Shown in pieces: positions 26,207-34,823 of a stretch of 40,385 nt of DNA; within the stretch, counting starts at the first letter, position 1; every line of letters starts with the position of its first letter. The notes under the pieces are model-generated. The model was not told where the DNA came from. It did no database searches and saw only the letters and a list, made by a program, of their open reading frames with translations. The DNA is from a virus (lineage: Duplodnaviria; Caudoviricetes), in the IMG/VR virus record IMGVR_UViG_3300033487_000226, positions 1 to 40,385 of that record; one strand, given 5' to 3'. The position numbers and the translations under genes are program-made.

Positions 26207-26827
26207 CTACCACTTCTTGCCCTTGCCCTTGCCCTTGGCGGGGGCCGGCTTCGGCTTCTCCTCCACCTCCTCCGCCTCCGGCTCCTCCTCGCCCGCGCTC
26301 GCGTCGGAGGACCCGTCCTCCGAGTCCGGCGGGGGGAGGTACTTCTTCACCCGGTTGACAGGCTCGCCCTTGTACTCCTCCGTGCTCAGCTCCACGCGCA
26401 GGATGCGGTCGTTCTCGTGGGCCCAGAAGACGATGCTGTCCACCACGTCCATGTACTCGCGCACCTTGGGGGTGTCGAGCGCATGCTCGGGCGTGGGCAG
26501 GTCCACGTCATCGGGGTAGCCCACCGCCTTGGCGAAGTCCCAGATGGTGAAGTACGCCTTGGGGTTGGTGCTCAGAATCATCATGAGCTGCTTGCACTCC
26601 CCGGCCCGGGTCTCGGACTCCGTGCCGAGAATGTCCAGGAACAGGGTGCGGTAGGGGAAGGCGTCCTTCTTGCCCTGCCCGCCGGCCCTCACCTTGTAGC
26701 CCTTGATTCCGCGCTCCCCGACCTTGCCCAGCGACAGCGTGTACTCGCCGTCCTCCGCCGGGGTGTCCCGGGGCCTGGAGTCCCGGGGGTTGAACTTGAT
26801 GCGACCAGCCTCGCCAGTGGCGCCCAT
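26207..26827 (-). CDS. Single-stranded DNA-binding protein (DUF669-like)
   Basis: EDGEYTL...EEYKGEPVNRVKKY followed by an acidic linker; adjacent to the Sak4-like gene. Confidence 0.65.
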   Translation of the reverse strand: MGATGEAGRIKFNPRDSRPRDTPAEDGEYTLSLGKVGERGIKGYKVRAGGQGKKDAFPYRTLFLDILGTESETRAGECKQLMMILSTNPKAYFTIWDFAKAVGYPDDVDLPTPEHALDTPKVREYMDVVDSIVFWAHENDRILRVELSTEEYKGEPVNRVKKYLPPPDSEDGSSDASAGEEEPEAEEVEEKPKPAPAKGKGKGKKW

Positions 26828-26925
26828 GGTGCTGCTCCTTCGGTTGGTCCCTTGCGGGATGAAAGCCGACGCAGTTGATTCTGCGCCGGTACTGCGAAAC
26901 CCTACAACGACGGTCTGACGCGGTG

Positions 26926-27744
26926 CTACTTCTTCACCGGGGCCTTGGCGGCCACGTCGATTTCCTTCGCGCCGAGGTTCACCGCGTCCAGCATCTTACG
27001 CAGGTCGGCGGGGAACGGATTGGGCAGGGGCCAGCGCGTCTTGGCGTGCCACTCCTCGGAAGCAAACAGGTGCAGCTCGGCGCTGAAAACCTGCTTCGCC
27101 TTCCCGCCCACGTCCATCTTCTTGAAGCGGCTCGTCATGCGCGCCACCACGTCACAGTTGCCGGGGAGCCAGCGCTGACCCTGGCCGGGAATCATCGCCC
27201 GGCCCTGCTGGTCGAGTACCGACGTCCCAGCCACCTCACGATAGGTGGGGTCCTTCGGCCACGCGGTGTAAATGACGCTCTTACCGGCACGGGTGGCCGC
27301 CTCACACTCGGCCTCCAGGTTGCGGAACTTGCTCAGCAGCTCGCCCCACCCCTCGTAGCCCATGTCCTTATCCGTGCCGCCGTCCGTGAAGAAACGCACA
27401 AAGGCGCCGGCCAGTCCGGTCACGTTGTCCAGGCAGAGCACCCGGATGGACTTGTCGGCGGTGAAGTCACGCACCGCCCGGATTGCGCCGGGGAAGGGGT
27501 CCGCCTTCCCGTCCAGGACTTCGCACGGGATGTTGGGTGAGTAGCCGGCGGAGATGACCGACGTGGGCCCCCCGGAGTCCGCCGTGATGTAGGCCACGTC
27601 CAGCCCACGAAGGTGCTGGGCCTTGTCCGTCTTGCCGTAGTCCTCGGACAGGGACATGGCCAGCAACGTCTTGCCGCACCCCTCGTTGCCGTAGACCATC
27701 ACGTAGAGGTTGCCGCGCTTCAACTCTCCAATCTTCTTTCGCAT
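26926..27744 (-). CDS. Sak4-like / AAA_24 ATPase (ssDNA-annealing recombinase)
   Basis: Walker A YGNEGCGKT, Walker B LCLDN, GYEGWG, CDVVARM, AKTRW. Confidence 0.8.
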   Translation of the reverse strand: MRKKIGELKRGNLYVMVYGNEGCGKTLLAMSLSEDYGKTDKAQHLRGLDVAYITADSGGPTSVISAGYSPNIPCEVLDGKADPFPGAIRAVRDFTADKSIRVLCLDNVTGLAGAFVRFFTDGGTDKDMGYEGWGELLSKFRNLEAECEAATRAGKSVIYTAWPKDPTYREVAGTSVLDQQGRAMIPGQGQRWLPGNCDVVARMTSRFKKMDVGGKAKQVFSAELHLFASEEWHAKTRWPLPNPFPADLRKMLDAVNLGAKEIDVAAKAPVKK

Positions 27745-27748
27745 TGCG

Positions 27749-28684
27749 TCACTCCCATGGAGGGGTCTCTTTGCCCTCGCTCGGTTTCCAGTTGATTAGC
27801 GGCGTGCCGTCCTTGAACCTGTAGGAAAGCGCACCGTCACGCCCCCGCGAACACAGGTCCTTGTAGATGCACGTCCCGCAAGCGCTCACTCGGCGCTCCA
27901 CCTTGGCGTTCCACGTCACCAGCCGGCTCTGCTCCACCCAGGTGTCAAAGTCACGGCGGAACCATTGCAGCGCGTGCTTGATTGACTGGAGTAGCACCTT
28001 CGTCCGGGGCGCGCCAGTGGGCTTCTTCTCCGTGCTGCCCTTCACCATCGGGTCCAGCATGATTCCGGCAAGCGGCCCGAATTTCTTGGTCTCCTCCTCA
28101 CCCCAGAGCGAGGCTTGCAGGAGGAGCTGCCCGTGCAGCTCGTAGGTGGAAGTCACCCGCGAGGCGCCACCCGCGTAGACGCTCTTGGCCTCGCCAATCC
28201 ACGTCTTGCCGTGTTCATGCTCGATGCTGTCCAGGCGCGTGGTGCGCCAGTTTTCCTTGGGCGAGGTGGGGGTGACGCCACGGGGCCCAATCGGGTACTC
28301 CACCGCCAGAACTTCCGTGGTGGGGCGGACTCGCCAGTAGTTGATGTACCCCTCGAAAGTCGTCAGCGACTTGTCCACCGCGCCGAGCGCCAGCTTCGGT
28401 CCAGGTTCGCTGTTCATCTTGGCGGCGTGCGCAGTGATTTGCTTGCGCCACAGCTCGCCTTGCCTGCCGTCATGAAACCACTGCGCACGTCCGGCGTGGA
28501 GCAGGCTGCCCACGCTCAAGGCGTCCGTCAGATAGAGGCCAGCACGCTCAATACCACGCACCTTGGAGAATTGGTACTTCTTTGGGCACTCCACCAGCGG
28601 GGAAATCTGACTCCACCCCACGCCACTGGGGCCGGTTGGCAAATCAAGCAACTGCTCGGGCTTCGGCTTCAGCTTCGGGGGCAC
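27749..28684 (-). CDS. PD-(D/E)xK Cas4/RecB-like exonuclease
   Basis: ECPKKY, GSLLH, RLD, EAK and C-terminal CGTCIYKDLC (1+3 Cys pattern). Confidence 0.85.
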   Translation of the reverse strand: MPPKLKPKPEQLLDLPTGPSGVGWSQISPLVECPKKYQFSKVRGIERAGLYLTDALSVGSLLHAGRAQWFHDGRQGELWRKQITAHAAKMNSEPGPKLALGAVDKSLTTFEGYINYWRVRPTTEVLAVEYPIGPRGVTPTSPKENWRTTRLDSIEHEHGKTWIGEAKSVYAGGASRVTSTYELHGQLLLQASLWGEEETKKFGPLAGIMLDPMVKGSTEKKPTGAPRTKVLLQSIKHALQWFRRDFDTWVEQSRLVTWNAKVERRVSACGTCIYKDLCSRGRDGALSYRFKDGTPLINWKPSEGKETPPWE

Positions 28685-28707
28685 GATGATTCTCCTTCTG
28701 AAAGCAC

Positions 28708-28736
28708 CAGCCCCCCACGAGTAGCATGGGGGGCTG
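28708..28736 (-). terminator. Hairpin downstream of the lipoprotein gene
   Basis: cagcccccca...tggggggctg 10-bp stem; short T-run on the minus strand. Confidence 0.5.
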
Positions 28737-28750
28737 ACACGGTTGGCGAA

Positions 28751-29149
28751 CTACTGCTGCCGCACTCCCATCATGATGCCCACCGCGCCCGTGCCGTACT
28801 TGGCGGTCTCCTTCGGGTCGGTGTGGAAGTTGTACCCGAGCCAGTAGTCACAGGGCGCGACGCTGAACGCCGTGCACAGGGTGTTGTCCACGACGTAGCG
28901 CGACGTGTCCTTGCGCAGGCAGTAGAGGACGGTGCGGAAGGTGTGCGTCCAGTTGTCGCTCACCTCGCACGGCTCGCCCAGCGCCTCCTCGATGGCCGCC
29001 CGCTGCTCCCCCAGACCGAGGCGGTCCAGGTGGTTGATGCTGATGGGGGGCTCGTTGTCCGGAGGGTTGGGCTTGTCGTCCGGGCCGCACGCGATGAAGC
29101 CGAAGACGAACAGGACGGCGATGCTGCACAGCTTGAAGATGTGATTCAT
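28751..29149 (-). CDS. Lipoprotein (132 aa)
   Basis: MNHIFKLCSIAVLFVFGFIA-C lipobox-like signal, Pro-rich tether, four more Cys; GGAG RBS. Confidence 0.75.
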   Translation of the reverse strand: MNHIFKLCSIAVLFVFGFIACGPDDKPNPPDNEPPISINHLDRLGLGEQRAAIEEALGEPCEVSDNWTHTFRTVLYCLRKDTSRYVVDNTLCTAFSVAPCDYWLGYNFHTDPKETAKYGTGAVGIMMGVRQQ

Positions 29150-29189
29150 GTTGATTGACTCCGTTGGTACTGCATGGTTGGTGCTGCTG

Positions 29190-30869
29190 CTACGCATCCT
29201 CCCCAATATTCTTGTACTTCTCAAGCATCTTGGAGAGGAATCCTTTGACGTCCCCGGCGCCCGGAGAGATGGCCTCGCGCAGCTCGACCTTGGAGGGCTC
29301 GGCCCGTCCGTCCCGCTTCTGCTGCTGCATGAGGCGTGGCACGAGGAGCACCTTGCCGTAGTATTCATCCACGGTGTGGTGGCACATGAAGATGCGCGTC
29401 ACCACCGTACCCTCCTGCCCCATGCGAGCCGAGCGTCCAATGGCCTGAATGATTTTGTCCGGCTCAGCGGTGAGCGCGGCGAGGTTCACCACCTTGAACG
29501 CCTGGAGGTTGCCGCCCACCCCCAACCCATCGTAGGTGGTAACGAGCTGTGGAACCTGATTCAGCCCCTTGCACCGCGCAACGTAGTCATAGACCAGTGG
29601 CAGGCGCTTGCTGGATGGGATGCCCCCATGCGCAATCAGCGCACCGGGCACCGCCGCCGCGATTTGCTCCGCGTGGCGGCGCGTCCAGGTGAAGGTGATA
29701 CCGGGGATACCGGAGGCCACATCGCTCTTGATTTGCTCGGCCACTGCGCCCACCTTGAACTCCTCAACGGCGCGGATGTGCGGCCAGTCCTGCACCACCT
29801 CACCGCTGGAGCTGAGGGTAGCCTCAATCACCTTGGCGTTGCCGGGCGGCGCGTCGAGCCAGACGCTCTGATACTTCACGTCAAACGGAAGCTGGTCAGC
29901 CACGTCCGACTTGATTCGCCGGAAACCGTGCATGGTCCCACGCAGGTACAGCTCGGTATCATGACTGAGTGCCCCCGTCACCAGCCCGTGCTCACCCCGG
30001 TAGGCGGAGGCGTAGCGCGTGGCCCACTGCTCGAAGTTGCCCCAGTAGCCAGGGCTGGTGATGTTGAGCATGGGGTACATTTGCGCCGCGTGACTCCACA
30101 ACGGCGAAGCGGTGAGGCTGACGCAGCCGTGCGCCAGCAACCGCTGCTGCTGCACCTGGGCCAGCCGCTTGGAGCCGAAGTGCTGGAAGTTGTGGATTTC
30201 GTCCACAATCATGTAGTAGGGCCGCTTGTCCACCAGCGCCAGGGCCCGGTCAGCGTCCAGGTAGTAGGCAATCACCCACGACGGACTGCGCGGCGGCGCC
30301 TTCTTGCTGCGCTTGTCCCCCTTGGGGTAGATGACCGCAATCATTTCGTCGTAGTGTGCATCCTGCACCGGAGGACCCCCGTGCAGCTCGCACCACTTGG
30401 CGATTTCGTCACGCCACTGGCGCCGGAGCGAAGCTGGACAGAGCACCACCTTGACCGTGCGGAAGTCCAGAATGCTCATGGCCGCGATGGTCTGAAACGT
30501 CTTGCCCAGGCCGACGTCATCGTTGACCATGACCCCGGAGCTGATTCGGTCAGCAATGAATGCCGCGCCGAGCCGCTGATACTCAGGCATCCAGCCCCAC
30601 GGCGCGATGGACATGCCGAGGATTTTCGGGTCCGACTTCCACCCACGCCAGCCGTTGTTCCAGATGCGGGCCGCATCCTCCGACTGGCCCGCCAGCTCCA
30701 GGCAAGCCGCCAGTGCGGAGTCAGCGCCGTCCACCTCACCCGAGCCGTCCCAGCGGGCGCCGGGAATGGTGACCGCCACCTTGTTGCACTGCGCAATGTG
30801 CTGCTCGCTGAATGCGGCGGGCAGCAGCTTGAAGCTCCCAGCGCGCGTAACCAGCTTCCAGAGTTTCAT
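29190..30869 (-). CDS. SNF2-family (SF2) helicase/ATPase
   Basis: DDVGLGKT, CPASL, DEIH, LTASP, GGNLQ, QAIGRSARMGQ; ATGA-coupled start. Confidence 0.92.
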   Translation of the reverse strand: MKLWKLVTRAGSFKLLPAAFSEQHIAQCNKVAVTIPGARWDGSGEVDGADSALAACLELAGQSEDAARIWNNGWRGWKSDPKILGMSIAPWGWMPEYQRLGAAFIADRISSGVMVNDDVGLGKTFQTIAAMSILDFRTVKVVLCPASLRRQWRDEIAKWCELHGGPPVQDAHYDEMIAVIYPKGDKRSKKAPPRSPSWVIAYYLDADRALALVDKRPYYMIVDEIHNFQHFGSKRLAQVQQQRLLAHGCVSLTASPLWSHAAQMYPMLNITSPGYWGNFEQWATRYASAYRGEHGLVTGALSHDTELYLRGTMHGFRRIKSDVADQLPFDVKYQSVWLDAPPGNAKVIEATLSSSGEVVQDWPHIRAVEEFKVGAVAEQIKSDVASGIPGITFTWTRRHAEQIAAAVPGALIAHGGIPSSKRLPLVYDYVARCKGLNQVPQLVTTYDGLGVGGNLQAFKVVNLAALTAEPDKIIQAIGRSARMGQEGTVVTRIFMCHHTVDEYYGKVLLVPRLMQQQKRDGRAEPSKVELREAISPGAGDVKGFLSKMLEKYKNIGEDA

Positions 30870-31669
30870 GGCACCGTCCAGACCCACTCAAGCGAGGGGT
30901 GAGTTTTGAATTCGGAAAAGACCTTCATGCGTCCGGCGCCAGCCTTGGAAAGCATGGTGCCCCCGTCCGCCAGGGCCCAGAGCGCGGACGTGCCGCGCAT
31001 CTTGTTCCAGTTGCCACTTTGATTGCTGGCGCCGTTGTTCTGCGAGGATTCCTTGCGCTCGTGGTGCACTACCACCAGCGCCCCACCATGCTTTTTGATT
31101 GCCTTGGTGGGTTTGATTAGCAGCCGCGCGACATGCGGGTCGTTCTCTTCCATGTGGTGGAAGTGGTAGAACGGGTCCAGAATCACCATGGCCGGCTTCG
31201 CCTTTTCGATGAAGCGCGTTAGGTCATGGTCGCTGTCGTGTTCGTCAAGCGCCCACTCCATGACGTCCTTCGCCACAGCGAAGTCCCAGGACACTGGACC
31301 CTTGTTCCACTTGCGCTTAATGATTCGTTCTTCATAGATGTGCTTCAGGTCGTACACGCTCTGCTCGGCGGCGAAGTACATGCACGCGCCACGCTGGCGC
31401 GGCTTCATCGCCGCGTCACCACCTACACCATGACTGTGACCAATCATGGTCGCAATCAACTCCAGGATGTAGGTGGACTTGAAGTGCTTGGGCGGCGCCA
31501 CCACGAAGTTGAGGCCCGGGACAATCGCGTTACGGATGACCCAATCCGGTTTGATTGCCCGAACCTCAGACATGGCGATGAAGTGCTGCCGCCACTCATG
31601 GAGGGCATCGGACGCCGCTGAACTCTCGAACTCCTCACTCTCGATGTAATCAACCGGCGCCCGTGCCAT
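30866..31669 (-). CDS. AAA_25 / RepA-like SF4 helicase without a primase domain
   Basis: Walker A variant APPKHFKST, AEQ, Walker B VILDP, VHHERK, RGTSA. Confidence 0.8.
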   Translation of the reverse strand: MARAPVDYIESEEFESSAASDALHEWRQHFIAMSEVRAIKPDWVIRNAIVPGLNFVVAPPKHFKSTYILELIATMIGHSHGVGGDAAMKPRQRGACMYFAAEQSVYDLKHIYEERIIKRKWNKGPVSWDFAVAKDVMEWALDEHDSDHDLTRFIEKAKPAMVILDPFYHFHHMEENDPHVARLLIKPTKAIKKHGGALVVVHHERKESSQNNGASNQSGNWNKMRGTSALWALADGGTMLSKAGAGRMKVFSEFKTHPSLEWVWTVP

Positions 31670-31675
31670 GTGCGT

Positions 31676-32251
31676 CTACTCCTTGTCAGCGTGCTTCGGG
31701 CAGAGCGTGGGGTCCTCGGGCGAAGCGCCGATGTTCCAGCCGGCGGCCCGGGCTTCGTCGCGGCGCAGCCTGCCCCTGAACTCCTGCTCCTTGTCGCAGT
31801 CCGCCACGTCACACGTCAGCGTCATGGTGTGCCCCTGCTCGATGATGGCCTGCACGGGCTGCTCAGCCGGCGGGCTCGCCAGATTCTCGCCCGGGGTGAA
31901 GCCCGCCTCGCGCAGGGCGTTCATGACAGCGCCCTCCTCGCTCGTCTTCTTCAGGGCGTTCATGAGCCCCTGGTTGTAGACCTGCTTGACGATGTGCTCC
32001 GACAGCCGGTCCACGAGGATGAACTCCTCGCGGTTGTCGCTGGGCACCAGCCCGGAGATGACCTGGATGGTCTCCCCCTTCCGGGTGGGGTGCTCCATGG
32101 TGACGGTCTCCATCTGCCCGGCGAGGATGTTGGCCTCCCTGACGTGGGTGGTGACGAACTCGCCGCGCTCGTTGATGGTCAGCTCGGCCTCAGTGAAGAG
32201 GACCACCCGCATGGTGCGCAACGTGGCCCGCTGCTTGTCCTGCTCGCTCAT
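31676..32251 (-). CDS. Hypothetical protein with C-terminal C-x4-C...CPKH motif
   Basis: GGGAG RBS; strong codon bias; CDVADC...AGW...LCPKH. Confidence 0.75.
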   Translation of the reverse strand: MSEQDKQRATLRTMRVVLFTEAELTINERGEFVTTHVREANILAGQMETVTMEHPTRKGETIQVISGLVPSDNREEFILVDRLSEHIVKQVYNQGLMNALKKTSEEGAVMNALREAGFTPGENLASPPAEQPVQAIIEQGHTMTLTCDVADCDKEQEFRGRLRRDEARAAGWNIGASPEDPTLCPKHADKE

Positions 32252-32613
32252 GTGCAATTACTCCCGGTTGGTGCTGCGTGGTGAAAAGGAGGAGTGAGCC
32301 GGGCGCTCCCTTCCGCGCCCTGGCAGGTTAGAGTTGGGCACAGCACGCCCGGCTCACCCCATAAACCGATTGACGGAACTCTCGCAACTCGAAGGCGTAG
32401 CACTCGCGCACCAACACCGTCAAGTTGGGTTTCCAACAACCAATCATAGCGGTTGGCTGCTCGAAACCAGGAGCCTGGGGTGCAATCTCTCCCGTGACTG
32501 CACCCCAGGCTGTCCAATCAGACACAGGCACAATGCCTGCCCGGCCGGCGGGATTTGAACCCGGCGCAGTAGCGCTACGCCAGGAAGGACCAACCCCCGC
32601 CCCACTTGAAGCT

Positions 32614-33078
32614 TCAGAAGGGTACATCATCCACCGCTTGCGGTGGAAGCTGCTCGTCAGCCATGACGTCTTCCTCGTCACGGTGATTATAGTGGTCGCT
32701 GAGCCGGGCGTTGCAGTGCTCACCCACCACCCGGAGGCGCACACCAGCCTTGAACTCAGCAATCATAATGTCGATGCGCTCCTCTTGACCGTAGCTGCGC
32801 AGGGGTTTGCGCCACAGCTCAGAGCGCCCGTCCATGTGGTCGATGCTCGGCTTGCCACACTCCCTCCCACCCGGGCAGGTTGGCGCCGTGCAGGACGGGC
32901 CGCCAAGCTGCTCAATCAACCATGCTCGCTTCTCGCGAATGCGCCGCTTGCGCAACAGATGCGTCTTCCGGTTGAGGTGCTTGCGGTACAGCGCACGAAT
33001 CAGCAGCGCATACCATGCCCGCTTGAGGCCCGGCAGCTTGAGAAACAGCAGGTAGAGAGGGAGCGGGCGCTTCACCAC
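32614..33078 (-). CDS. HNH endonuclease-like protein with acidic DDVPF tail
   Basis: LGGPSC..C...IDH...LRVVGEHCN (Gly where CxxCN usually has its first Cys). Confidence 0.6.
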   Translation of the reverse strand: MVKRPLPLYLLFLKLPGLKRAWYALLIRALYRKHLNRKTHLLRKRRIREKRAWLIEQLGGPSCTAPTCPGGRECGKPSIDHMDGRSELWRKPLRSYGQEERIDIMIAEFKAGVRLRVVGEHCNARLSDHYNHRDEEDVMADEQLPPQAVDDVPF

Positions 33079-33566
33079 GGCACGTCATCCTCCAGCTTGT
33101 GGTCGCGTCGCAGGTTGGTGGCCAGCTCCTCCTCCAGCTCGTCAGCGCTGTAGACCGGCCCAGCAGCGTCAGCCTGTTCAATCAGCTCCAACAGCTCCGC
33201 CTTGTCGGCCTCGCTGTAGTCACCGCCCATGACAGCCTCGGACGGCGGGCTGCCCTGGTGCAGAGCCTCGGCCTGCCAGAGCCAGAGCTGATTCAACGCA
33301 GCCCACAAATCAGCGGTGCTGGAGAAGCACCGCAAGCCAGCCTCCAACTCCTCCACCTCTCTCCAGTAGATGCTCCAGCCGCGCGCCACATCCGCCGTGT
33401 CCAGGCAGCACACCAGCCGCATGCTCTTAAAGATGACGCCGTGACGTGAGTTGTACTCACGGCGGCCCGCTTCCGTCAAAGCGCCTAGCGGCCCCTCGTG
33501 AGCAGTCAACGGAACAGGAGCCAGCTTCACGGTTCGCCAAGTGAATCGGAACTGAGACAGGCTCAC
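33072..33566 (-). CDS. Hypothetical protein with acidic DDVPW tail
   Basis: GTG 33566 after GGAGG, overlapping the upstream stop. Confidence 0.65.
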   Translation of the reverse strand: MSLSQFRFTWRTVKLAPVPLTAHEGPLGALTEAGRREYNSRHGVIFKSMRLVCCLDTADVARGWSIYWREVEELEAGLRCFSSTADLWAALNQLWLWQAEALHQGSPPSEAVMGGDYSEADKAELLELIEQADAAGPVYSADELEEELATNLRRDHKLEDDVPW

Positions 33567-33892
33567 CGCCGCACCTCCAACTTGTCCAACACGCCCGACT
33601 TCTTGAGCAGCTCGGCCACCCCCCACGCCTGCATGTGGATGGGCCGGTGGATGAACGGGGTGAGCGGCAACAGCGTCCACTCACCATTGAGCCAGCCGTT
33701 GACGTACTCCACGAACGCCAGCTCCGCCTGCCCCTCCGCCCACTCCGTGTAGTAGAGAGTCCTGTGAAGGTTGCTATCAATCATGATGTGGTCACGCTCG
33801 GCACAGACAGCACGCTTGATATGCCCGATGAAATCAGAGTTGGCGGCGCGTACCAGCACCATGAGATGGTTGAAATCACGAATCGGCTTCAT
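33563..33892 (-). CDS. Hypothetical protein (109 aa)
   Basis: ATG 33892 after AAAGGA; coupled to the downstream gene. Confidence 0.65.
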   Translation of the reverse strand: MKPIRDFNHLMVLVRAANSDFIGHIKRAVCAERDHIMIDSNLHRTLYYTEWAEGQAELAFVEYVNGWLNGEWTLLPLTPFIHRPIHMQAWGVAELLKKSGVLDKLEVRR

Positions 33893-34148
33893 GCAGTTGT
33901 GTCCTTTCTGATTGTTGCAATGAGATAGGTTGGAATTGAACCAACTTAGAGGTACGCCCCAGCCTAAGTGCTGACCTGTCCGGCTGGTACTTTTCCCCAG
34001 GTGTACCCGGCTCACTGTTCATGAGCAGGAGCAGCCCACCGCAAATCGTGCAGGCGTCCTCAACTTCGCGTGTCACCGTCCACGCCGCTACCTCGGACTG
34101 CACCCGTGGCACCGCTCTGCTGCCACCGGCTTGCCGCAAGCCCACGGG

Positions 34149-34499
34149 TCATGCACCAGCGCATAAAGGCTGGGAGAGAACTTGTCGTGGGTACTTCAAC
34201 CATGAGTAGCAAGTGGCCCCGGTGCCCATGACGCCAATGGAGGGATGACAAGTTCCAGTCTGGTGTGACCACGACTTGTCTTTCAGGAGCCGGCGACCAT
34301 TACACATGGAATCTGAGCCGTTGAATAGCCGCGCACGGACGTATCCAACTACTTCCTTTCCATGCTTACATGAACCGCACTGTACCCTCTTGCTACTCAA
34401 CTGCGCCCTGGTCTCGAAACCAGGGCCGTCCAATAGCTCCACACATCTCGACCTATTGACGTGGGCCCACCCACGCAGGGTGCTACAGGAGCGGCGCAA
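34149..34499 (-). CDS. Possible hypothetical protein
   Basis: Longest minus-strand ORF in a less GC-rich stretch; start unclear. Confidence 0.3.
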   Translation of the reverse strand: MRRSCSTLRGWAHVNRSRCVELLDGPGFETRAQLSSKRVQCGSCKHGKEVVGYVRARLFNGSDSMCNGRRLLKDKSWSHQTGTCHPSIGVMGTGATCYSWLKYPRQVLSQPLCAGA

Positions 34500-34517
34500 C
34501 GCCGCTCCCTTGCTGCT

Positions 34518-34820
34518 CTACTTCTCGCTGCTGTCCGCCGCCGGGACCGGCACCCCGGGGAACACCTCCTCCCAGCAGTCCGGCACTTTCTTCATGAGCG
34601 GGTAGCTGTGCTGACTGTACGGCTCCAGACAGACGGCCCACATGCCCGCGTAGCGGAGGGTGCCGTCAGGTTGCACCAGCCTGTGAGCCAGTGACTTGAT
34701 GAAGGCGGAATGAATGTCGCCTAACCACCCGATGAAGCTGATTGCTTCAGTGGCGCTCCACTTGCCGGTGGCCTTGAAGAAGTCCACGCGGACGTGGGAA
34801 GGGTCCTCGCTGTAGCCCAT
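34518..34820 (-). CDS. Hypothetical phage protein (100 aa)
   Basis: VRVDFFKATGKW...AVCLEPY globular-looking sequence; starts 3 nt after the upstream stop. Confidence 0.75.
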   Translation of the reverse strand: MGYSEDPSHVRVDFFKATGKWSATEAISFIGWLGDIHSAFIKSLAHRLVQPDGTLRYAGMWAVCLEPYSQHSYPLMKKVPDCWEEVFPGVPVPAADSSEK

Positions 34821-34823
34821 GGG

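Noticed and set aside
27749-28684. CRISPR-Cas link from the Cas4-like nuclease
   Set aside because: No repeat-spacer array or other cas genes; the Sak4 and SSB context indicates a phage recombination module
29148-30902. 584-aa + strand ORF opposite SNF2 (likewise 34794-36089, 22416-23567, 28115-29158)
   Set aside because: Antisense shadows of well-supported minus-strand genes
32538-32612. Functional tRNA gene or attP site
   Set aside because: No full cloverleaf or CCA end, and no integrase recognised in the genome
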